Of a stretch of DNA of 64,000 nucleotides, positions 63,599-64,000 are shown piece by piece; the first letter of the stretch is position 1, and every line of letters begins with the position of its first letter. Source of the stretch: Paraspadella gotoi (Eukaryota > Animalia > Chaetognatha); assembly GCA_051294375.1 (NCBI GenBank), contig CM119270.1, positions 16,430,165-16,494,164 on the forward strand, read 5' to 3'. The notes under the pieces are model-generated. The model was given only the letters and a program-made list of their open reading frames with translations. It was not told the DNA's origin and did not search any database. The position numbers were made by a program, and so were the translations under genes.

Positions 63599-63781
63599 AT
63601 GGCTGAAAATTCGAAGATTCGAGAACGACCGGATTTAAGAGACAATCGAGGCGGAGGCGGGAAAGGAGAAGGGGGGAAAGAAGAGAGAAGACGAGGCGAA
63701 CGATCGACGACGAACGAGGACGAATGGTATGCAATCGAAGTGTGGTCGAATAAAAGGTTTCGGGCCTTTTGGCAGCAACAG
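63599..63781 (+). CDS. Candidate first coding exon of an unidentified gene (61 aa, MAENSKIRE...VWSNKRFRAFWQQQ)
   Basis: Upstream CpG-rich tract with ATTGG (CCAAT) box; ATGG start; CAG|GTGAGG donor in phase 0. Confidence 0.5.
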
Positions 63782-64000
63782 GTGAGGAGTGAAAACCTCT
63801 TCCGGATCGGAAGGCTTTAATTTTCGGTCGGCGTAGATAATGGCGAGAGATCGACCACGTAAGGACGACGACGACGACGAAGACTGACAGAAGACGAACG
63901 ACGAGCACTACAAGAACGACGCATGGAACAGAAACTACAAGATAGACGACTAATGAGTAGAGATGAGATAAGATGTCATCATGCTGGCAATGTCAGACGG

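Overview
Eukaryotic (probably invertebrate animal) draft-assembly window. It is rich in (GA)n, (GAC)n and (GAAT)n microsatellites and has about 18 N-gaps, five of them exactly 25 N. The best-supported content is a tandem cluster of five XK-related (Xkr/CED-8 scramblase family) gene copies at 12.3-23.2 kb, with two apparently intact, one carrying a 1-nt frameshift and two being complementary deletion remnants, plus two tRNA-Arg(ACG) genes with a decayed third fragment between them. Several indel-rich fold-back and direct duplications (5.7-7.6, 26.5-27.1, 28.4-33.8, 34.5-37.2, and 49.9-52.7 vs 57.8-60.5 kb) look like long-read or amplification artefacts. The most unexplained region is 52.8-56.5 kb, an AT-rich, microsatellite-free block. 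It holds two convergent decayed ORFs that share a 3' motif, a ~250-nt GC-rich multibranch hairpin between them, and a family of highly diverged ~185-bp repeats. All alignments and folds were done by eye; no searches were run.
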